Positions 58,157 to 63,508 of a stretch of 63,508 nucleotides of DNA are shown here, piece by piece. The position numbers were made by a program, and so were the translations under genes. The stretch's first letter is position 1. Each line of letters opens with the position of its first letter. Origin of the DNA: Bacilli bacterium (GTDB lineage: Bacteria; Bacillota_I; Bacilli_A; ML615J-28; CAG-698); the NCBI GenBank assembly GCA_045598145.1, contig JAZLLM010000001.1, positions 1-63,508 of the forward strand, in the 5' to 3' direction. The notes beneath the pieces are model-generated. The model did no database searches. It had not been told where the DNA came from and saw only the letters and a program-made list of their open reading frames with translations.

Positions 58157-59950
58157 CTATTTAGTAACAATTGCGCCCATCTTACAAGATGCTTTACATG
58201 CACCACATTTAATGCAGACAGAAGTATTGATTGAGTGTTTTTCTTTTAAGTTACCTGAAATAGCTCCAGCTGGACAATTACGTTTACATAATCCACAGCC
58301 TACACACTTATCAGTAATATAATATTTAATTAAAGCTTTACATGTACCAGCTGGGCAACGATGTTCAACAACATGAGCTACATATTCATCATAGAAGTTG
58401 TTTAAAGTTGATAATACTGGGTTTGGAGCAGTTTGACCTAATCCACATAATGCAGAGTCTTTAATAGTTTCAGCTAAATTCTTTAATTCATCTAAATCTT
58501 CCATTGTTCCTTTTCCGTCACAAATCTTATTTAGAATTTCAAGCATTCTCTTAGTTCCTTCACGGCATGGAGTACATTTACCACATGATTCATCAACTGT
58601 GAAATCTAAGAAGAATCTAGCGATGTCAACCATACAGTTGTCTTCATCCATTACAATCATACCACCTGAACCCATCATAGATCCAGCAGCTACTAAGTTA
58701 TCATAATCTATTGGAGTATCTAAGTGAGCTTCTGTTAAGCATCCTCCTGATGGTCCACCAGTTTGAACGGCTTTGAATTTCTTTCCTTTTGGAATGCCAC
58801 CACCGATATCAAAAATAATTTCTCTTAAAGTTGTTCCCATAGGAATTTCAACTAAACCAGTGTTATTAATTTTTCCACCTAATGCGAATACTTTAGTACC
58901 TTTAGATTTTTCAGTACCCATTGTTCTAAACCAATCAGCACCTTTATAAATAATTTGAGCAACGTTTGCTAATGTTTCAACGTTATTAATTACAGTAGGA
59001 CGACCCCATAAACCTTGATTTGCTGGGAAAGGAGGTTTATTTCTTGGCATACCTCTTTCACCTTCGATTGAAGCCATTAATGCTGTTTCTTCACCACAAA
59101 CGAATGCACCAGCACCTAATCTAACTTCTAGGTCGAATGAGAATTCAGTACCAAAAATATTCTTACCTAATAATCCATATTCATAAGCTTGTTTGATTGC
59201 ACCTTCTAATCTTTCAACAGCTAGAGGGTATTCAGCTCTAACATACACATAACCTTGGCTAGCACCAATTGCATAACCAGCAATAGCTAAACCTTCGATT
59301 ACAGCATGTGGGTCACCTTCTAATACAGCACGGTCCATGAATGCACCTGGGTCACCTTCGTCAGCGTTACATACTACGTATGATTGTCCGCCACGATTCT
59401 TAGCTGTTAATTCCCATTTCTTACCAGTAGGGAAGCCAGCTCCACCTCTACCACGTAATCCTGCTTTTAATACTTCAGCGATTACATCATCAGGTGTCAT
59501 TTCTGTTAAAGCTTTACCTAAAGCTTGGTATCCATCACGGCCAATATATTCTGTGATATCAGTAGGATTAATAATACCGCAGTTTCTTAATGCAACACGT
59601 TCTTGTTTTGCATAGAAATTCATTTCTCTAAATTGTTTAATTTTAGCTTTATCTTCAGCTGTTACTTCTTTGTATTCTTTTCTTGCAACAGGTCTACCTT
59701 TTAAAATGTGTTCCTTACAAATTTCTTCTACATCATTAACAGTCATTTTAGCATAGAAAGTTTCATCAGGATAAACAATTACAACTGGTCCCCTTTCACA
59801 TAATCCAAAACAACCACTTTGGAATACAGCTACTTCTTGAGATAAGCCTAATTCCTTAAGAACTTCATCAAATTTTTCTTTAATATCTTTTGAATGTGAT
59901 GACATACATCCTGTGCCACCGCAAACAACAATTTGGGTTCTAATTGACAT
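58157..59950 (-). CDS. hydB: NuoF-like flavoprotein subunit of the bifurcating hydrogenase (HydB/HndC)
   Basis: GRGGAGFPTGKKW (FMN/NADH site), an N-terminal thioredoxin-like 2Fe-2S domain and C-terminal 2x[4Fe-4S]. Confidence 0.93.
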   Translation of the reverse strand: MSIRTQIVVCGGTGCMSSHSKDIKEKFDEVLKELGLSQEVAVFQSGCFGLCERGPVVIVYPDETFYAKMTVNDVEEICKEHILKGRPVARKEYKEVTAEDKAKIKQFREMNFYAKQERVALRNCGIINPTDITEYIGRDGYQALGKALTEMTPDDVIAEVLKAGLRGRGGAGFPTGKKWELTAKNRGGQSYVVCNADEGDPGAFMDRAVLEGDPHAVIEGLAIAGYAIGASQGYVYVRAEYPLAVERLEGAIKQAYEYGLLGKNIFGTEFSFDLEVRLGAGAFVCGEETALMASIEGERGMPRNKPPFPANQGLWGRPTVINNVETLANVAQIIYKGADWFRTMGTEKSKGTKVFALGGKINNTGLVEIPMGTTLREIIFDIGGGIPKGKKFKAVQTGGPSGGCLTEAHLDTPIDYDNLVAAGSMMGSGGMIVMDEDNCMVDIARFFLDFTVDESCGKCTPCREGTKRMLEILNKICDGKGTMEDLDELKNLAETIKDSALCGLGQTAPNPVLSTLNNFYDEYVAHVVEHRCPAGTCKALIKYYITDKCVGCGLCKRNCPAGAISGNLKEKHSINTSVCIKCGACKASCKMGAIVTK

Positions 59951-59961
59951 TGTTTTCCTCC

Positions 59962-60330
59962 TTATTTCTTAAAGTTTTCTATTAACATTTCTTTAATTGG
60001 TTGTCCACCAATGATATGTTGTTCAATAATTTTTGAAACATGTTCTTCATGAACCTTACAATAAGTATATCTTGTTCCATCTGGATCATATACTTCTACA
60101 ATTGGTTCAAGAGCACATTCGCCCATACAACCAACTTGTGTAATTGTTACATTTGTTAAATCGCGTTTTTCAACTTCACTTACTAAACCATTTAATACAG
60201 GTCTTGCACCAGCAGTGATTCCACAAGTAGCCATACCAACAACGATTCTATAACCATTTTTTACATCACGTAGGCTCATCTTCTTTGCAGCAGCTTCTCT
60301 GATTTGCTTTAATTCTTCTAAAGATTTCAT
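59962..60330 (-). CDS. Thioredoxin-like [2Fe-2S] ferredoxin (HndB/HydD-like)
   Basis: 122 aa with the Cys pattern ATCGI...GCMGEC. Confidence 0.8.
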   Translation of the reverse strand: MKSLEELKQIREAAAKKMSLRDVKNGYRIVVGMATCGITAGARPVLNGLVSEVEKRDLTNVTITQVGCMGECALEPIVEVYDPDGTRYTYCKVHEEHVSKIIEQHIIGGQPIKEMLIENFKK

Positions 60331-60360
60331 ATTTCCTCCTAATATATTTTTTTCTATAAT

Positions 60361-60900
60361 TTAATCTAATTCATTTAAACCCTCTTGCACAAAGTCTTTA
60401 AACCAACTCATTAGCATCGGATCTTTTATAGATACTCCATCAAGTATCTCTTTAATTTCTTTGGTATCAAATTCAAATGTTTTATTATTTTTGATGTGTT
60501 TATATTTGATATCCGCATTCTCTTCATTAATTATTAACAAATATAAAGTATCAATTAAATTACCAAATGGTGGTAAATCAATACTACTAAGTTTAAAAGT
60601 AGCACATAAAGAAGTACCTTTGTCTACTTCTGACTCTATTTTTAAACCGCCTTCACATAGTTCACATAACTCTTTAAACAAAGGAAGACCTAGTCCAACA
60701 TGTCTTGTTGTTCTAGTTGTGAAAAAAGGACTAGTAACTTTTTCTAATACTTCTTTGCTCATACCTTTACCATCATCAATTAGGGTAATTGTAAGCAAAT
60801 CAGATACCTTATCTTCATTAATAATCAAATCGATATTCTTCGCATTTGCCTTTAGAGAATTTTGTGTGATATCTAATATGTATAACGATAATTCATTCAT
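60361..60900 (-). CDS. Stand-alone GHKL (histidine-kinase-like) ATPase domain protein
   Basis: N-box ITQNSLKANA, G1 DDGKGM and G2 GLGLPL. No DHp/His phosphoacceptor domain. Confidence 0.8.
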   Translation of the reverse strand: MNELSLYILDITQNSLKANAKNIDLIINEDKVSDLLTITLIDDGKGMSKEVLEKVTSPFFTTRTTRHVGLGLPLFKELCELCEGGLKIESEVDKGTSLCATFKLSSIDLPPFGNLIDTLYLLIINEENADIKYKHIKNNKTFEFDTKEIKEILDGVSIKDPMLMSWFKDFVQEGLNELD

Positions 60901-60914
60901 ATAAGAAACCTATT

Positions 60915-61613
60915 CTATTCATGTAACCACTTTTTAAATGAATTAAAAGATAAATCATCTAAATCCATGTACTGCTCTTTTTCATGAATTAATTCCATAC
61001 TATGAGCATCTGAATTATTTATTACCTTGTAATTTTTTAAATAAGGGTATTTATCATATAAATCATTTATGATACTTAAATCATAAACTTCAATTCCATC
61101 AACATCAAAAATACTAAAATCACTATAAAAATCTAATATACCACTATTTCTTCTATCAATATGAGCAGGAATAATAATGCCATTGTTTGCTTTAACTACA
61201 TCAATAACTTCCTTAAAACTATATTTAATTTTTTGATTAGTCCAATATGGAATTTCTTGTAAAGGCTCATCATACTCATCACAAATAATTTGTTTATCAG
61301 GCGGGATGATAGTTTTATCTAAACATTCATCTATTATTTCATCTAGTTTCATTAATTCATCATATTTTTCAAAATAAGCTAAAACGTGAAATCCTTCTTT
61401 TACGGTAATTTCCATACCATAAAGCATAAAGAAATCATAACTTTCTCTAAGCATATCTAAAGTTTTCCATTGTTTTGCACAATTATGATCACATATCGAT
61501 ATCATATTTAACTCTTTTAACATACACATGTTTAATATGTTGTTTGGAGTTTGAAGTTCATCTGCACAAGCAGACAATATCGAATGAATATGAATATCAT
61601 AATAAACTTTCAT
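60915..61613 (-). CDS. PHP-domain metal-dependent phosphoesterase
   Basis: N-terminal YDIHIHS...CADE, internal CDHN and C-terminal NSDAH, the typical PHP His/Asp set. Confidence 0.8.
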   Translation of the reverse strand: MKVYYDIHIHSILSACADELQTPNNILNMCMLKELNMISICDHNCAKQWKTLDMLRESYDFFMLYGMEITVKEGFHVLAYFEKYDELMKLDEIIDECLDKTIIPPDKQIICDEYDEPLQEIPYWTNQKIKYSFKEVIDVVKANNGIIIPAHIDRRNSGILDFYSDFSIFDVDGIEVYDLSIINDLYDKYPYLKNYKVINNSDAHSMELIHEKEQYMDLDDLSFNSFKKWLHE

Positions 61614-61618
61614 AAATA

Positions 61619-61960
61619 TTATCCTTGCATCTTTTTAATTAAATAAGCGGTATCAAATGTAGTGAATTTTGAAGTAAAAACTGGAACTCCTTCTTCATTA
61701 GCTTTCAATATAATATCTTCACTAGGTATTACATTTTCGCAAAATACTACAGCACTCATATCAAGTAGGCTAGCAACTGCTATTGCATTCATTGAATTCA
61801 ATACAGTAAGTAAGATTGTGTTAGGTTCATGAATATGCCCCATAACCCAACTTAATAAATCACAAGTATAAAAATTATCTATTTCTTTATCTAATGATTC
61901 ATTATTACTTAAAAGTTTAATGCCATCAATATTTTCTAAATCTTTAACATAAACTTTCAT
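61619..61960 (-). CDS. DRTGG-like domain protein
   Basis: 113 aa. Similar in layout to the 62387-62755 product (CDLLSWVMG...LLTV...EEGVPVF). Confidence 0.6.
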   Translation of the reverse strand: MKVYVKDLENIDGIKLLSNNESLDKEIDNFYTCDLLSWVMGHIHEPNTILLTVLNSMNAIAVASLLDMSAVVFCENVIPSEDIILKANEEGVPVFTSKFTTFDTAYLIKKMQG

Positions 61961-61963
61961 AAA

Positions 61964-62380
61964 TTACCTCAATTTAATAAATATTCTAACTGTAGTTCCG
62001 GCTGAACTAGTTTCAACTTCAAGTTTATCACTTGCTTTTTTTATATTTGGAAATCCCATTCCAGCTCCAAACCCATTTTCTCTATCCTGTTTAGATGCAG
62101 TTGACCAACCTTCTTTCATTGCATCATCAATTGATGCAATTCCAGGTCCACAGTCAATGAATTCAAGTATAAGGTTGTCATCATCAGTGAAGATTACATT
62201 ACAAAAACCACCATAAGAATGTATTACCACATTTATTTCAGCTTCATAACTTGCAATTGCAACTCTTCTGACAATTTGTCTATCAACACCCATTTGATTA
62301 AGTTTTTTCTTAATCTTACTTGATACATATCCTGCATTCTCTAAATCCATCGAGAATATTCTATATACTTCTTTTTCCAC
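61964..62380 (-). CDS. RsbW/SpoIIAB-like GHKL serine-kinase-type ATPase
   Basis: 138 aa. E..N..IHS N-box, DCGPGI and GFGAGMGFPN G-boxes. Confidence 0.75.
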   Translation of the reverse strand: MEKEVYRIFSMDLENAGYVSSKIKKKLNQMGVDRQIVRRVAIASYEAEINVVIHSYGGFCNVIFTDDDNLILEFIDCGPGIASIDDAMKEGWSTASKQDRENGFGAGMGFPNIKKASDKLEVETSSAGTTVRIFIKLR

Positions 62381-62386
62381 TATTTA

Positions 62387-62755
62387 TCAGTTTACTCCTC
62401 TAATACCAGCTTCATACAACTTTCCACAAGATGAAAACATTGAATTACTAGTAACTAATAAAGTTATACCTGCTTCTCTAGCAGCATCATATACATTATC
62501 ATTAGGCTTTTTGCCTCTTACGATAAGAACTGCACCAAAATCTAGCATTTCAGCAGTTCTGATGCTTTGACAAGTTACTAAACCTGTAAGAAGAATTCCT
62601 TTTTCAAAGAATTCATCTGGAGCAGTTCTAAGTAACATTAAAGCATCACTCATCATATCTGATCCAAACGCAAATTCTACGTCACGATTCTCATCATAAA
62701 GGTCTGGAGTTAAGATTTTAGCATCTAATAAACTTACTAAATCTTTTAATTTCAT
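62387..62755 (-). CDS. DRTGG-domain protein
   Basis: 122 aa. GSDMMSDALM...ILLTGL...AVLIVRG...AREAGITLLVT pattern. Confidence 0.7.
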   Translation of the reverse strand: MKLKDLVSLLDAKILTPDLYDENRDVEFAFGSDMMSDALMLLRTAPDEFFEKGILLTGLVTCQSIRTAEMLDFGAVLIVRGKKPNDNVYDAAREAGITLLVTSNSMFSSCGKLYEAGIRGVN

Positions 62756-62756
62756 A

Positions 62757-63239
62757 TTATTTTAATAATTCTTCTAATGCTTTCTTTGCCATTGTTGGTG
62801 TTGAAGAACCATAAACCTTACCGTCAACTGTAAATACTGGAGCTAAACCGCATGCACCGATGCATCTTGTAGCTTCAATTGTAAATTTACCATCCTCAGT
62901 AGTTTGTCCAGGTTGAATCTTTAAAGCTTTAGTGAATTCATCTAAAACTAATTGGCTACCTCTAACGAAACATGCAGTACCTAAACATACACCAATAATG
63001 TGTTCACCTTTAGGTTCAATTGAAAAACGTGAATAGAAAGTTACAACGCCGTTTACTTTAGATACACTTTCATCCAATTCTTTAGCGATAATTTTTTGAA
63101 CTTCGATTGGAACACAACCAAAAATTCTTTGAGCGTCATGTAATGTTGGCATTAAAGGACCAGGTTTTTGCTTATGTTCTTTAATACATTCCATTAATTC
63201 TGCTAGTTGTTCTTCTTTTAAAACAAATTTTGCACCCAT
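62757..63239 (-). CDS. hydC: NuoE-like [2Fe-2S] subunit of the bifurcating hydrogenase (HydC/HndA)
   Basis: CLGTAC...CIGACGLAP thioredoxin-like 2Fe-2S motif. First gene of the operon. Confidence 0.92.
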   Translation of the reverse strand: MGAKFVLKEEQLAELMECIKEHKQKPGPLMPTLHDAQRIFGCVPIEVQKIIAKELDESVSKVNGVVTFYSRFSIEPKGEHIIGVCLGTACFVRGSQLVLDEFTKALKIQPGQTTEDGKFTIEATRCIGACGLAPVFTVDGKVYGSSTPTMAKKALEELLK

Positions 63240-63271
63240 AATTTTTCTCCTTTTTTTAAAACGCTATTTTT

Positions 63272-63280
63272 ATTATAACA
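63272..63280 (-). promoter_or_regulatory. Extended -10 (TGTTATAAT) for the hydrogenase operon
   Basis: Minus strand TGTTATAAT lies about 33 nt upstream of the hydC ATG. An AAAGGAGAA SD follows. Confidence 0.5.
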
Positions 63281-63380
63281 TTATTTATTAATAAAATAAA
63301 TATCTTTATATAAAAATTTATAAGACATTTTTTATTGATTTTTAAGGCAAAATAAAAAATCCGAGAAAAACTGAAATGAT

Positions 63381-63430
63381 AAACTATTAGTAGACACTAA
63401 AAAAACATTAGTGTTTATTAATAGTTTTTT
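63381..63430 (+). repeat. 20-bp inverted repeat forming a plus-strand hairpin plus T-run (terminator/attenuator- or operator-like)
   Basis: AAACTATTAGTAGACACTAA-aaaaaca-TTAGTGTTTATTAATAGTTT then TTTTT. Both mismatches are G-U pairs only when read as plus-strand RNA. Confidence 0.5.
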
Positions 63431-63455
63431 ATTATGTTATACTATTAGAGTGGTA

Positions 63456-63471
63456 GAACCCCTAGGGGTTC
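63456..63471. repeat. Perfect 16-bp GC-rich palindrome just upstream of an SD
   Basis: GAACCCCTAGGGGTTC followed directly by GGGAAGGAG and ATG 63487. Confidence 0.6.
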
Positions 63472-63486
63472 GGGAAGGAGAAAATA

Positions 63487-63508
63487 ATGGGAAGACCAAA
63501 AGGTGGTA
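63487..63508 (+). CDS. Unidentified CDS, first 7 codons only (MGRPKGG...)
   Basis: ATG lies 7 nt after a GGAAGGAG SD. Runs off the right edge. Confidence 0.4.

Noticed and set aside
2071-60904. About 35 plus-strand ORFs of 60-160 aa from the ORF track that lie antisense inside long minus-strand genes. Examples: 9390-9878 in infB, 12098-12505 in nusA, 24448-24690 in rpsE, 25686-26051 in rplF/rpsH, 44032-44403 in the aminotransferase, 48615-49052 in paaK, 59337-59615 in hydB and 60461-60904 in the GHKL ATPase.
   Set aside because: Each is nested opposite a gene with unmistakable conserved motifs. Each has the Leu/Ser/Phe/Ile-rich composition typical of shadow frames in AT-rich DNA and lacks an SD site. 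The same applies to minus-strand shadows inside plus-strand genes (3965-4162, 4835-5104, 5117-5359, 17528-17734, 36444-36698).
1-63508. Possibility of a Mycoplasma/Spiroplasma-type code (TGA = Trp), given the low GC and lipoprotein-rich, Mollicutes-like look.
   Set aside because: Conserved genes terminate at TGA at the expected length (e.g. the aldo/keto reductase at 33081-33083 and map at 21046-21048). Conserved Trp positions (e.g. the PGW of HydA motif L1) are TGG. All long ORFs are intact under the standard code.

Overview
This is a low-GC (about 30% by eye) chromosomal segment from an anaerobic Bacillota/Mycoplasmatota-like bacterium. It uses the standard code: ORFs end at TGA and Trp is TGG. 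From about 5.7 kb onward almost every gene is on the minus strand.

Core content, left to right:
- def
- a 1007-aa secreted surface protein
- rnj
- uvrC plus a DEDDh exonuclease
- the rimP-nusA-ylxR-ylxQ-infB-rbfA operon
- a tRNA-modification block (cysteine desulfurase, thiI, a membrane protein, a TrmH-family methyltransferase)
- the complete S10-spc-alpha ribosomal super-operon, rpsJ to rplQ. It includes secY, adk, map, infA, rpoA and a 37-aa rpmJ that is missing from the ORF track.

Accessory content (33-63 kb):
- an Fe-S aldo/keto reductase, RluA and an SGNH hydrolase
- a C39-like peptidase lipoprotein
- an ABC substrate-binding protein plus permease with no ATPase gene
- a Crp-family regulator
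- a TtuC-type dehydrogenase plus malic enzyme
- a tyrosine-specifier T-box leader in front of a CoA ligase / amidohydrolase / aminotransferase operon
- iorAB plus a phenylacetate-CoA ligase and an ACT-domain protein
- an ECF sigma / anti-sigma / lipoprotein serpin / lipoprotein operon
- a hydC...hydB-hydA electron-bifurcating-type [FeFe] hydrogenase operon, interrupted by a five-gene DRTGG / GHKL-ATPase / PHP cassette

I saw no rRNA or tRNA genes, CRISPR arrays, transposases, integrases or recognisable defence genes.

The best candidates for undescribed biology are:
1. the signalling cassette embedded in the hydrogenase operon, together with variant H-cluster motifs in HydA
2. the ECF-controlled serpin operon
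3. the Tyr T-box with non-canonical cargo, next to the arylpyruvate oxidoreductase genes

All domain calls come from motif recognition by eye, with no database searches. Several start codons were moved from the ORF-track position to the ATG that follows a Shine-Dalgarno (SD) site.
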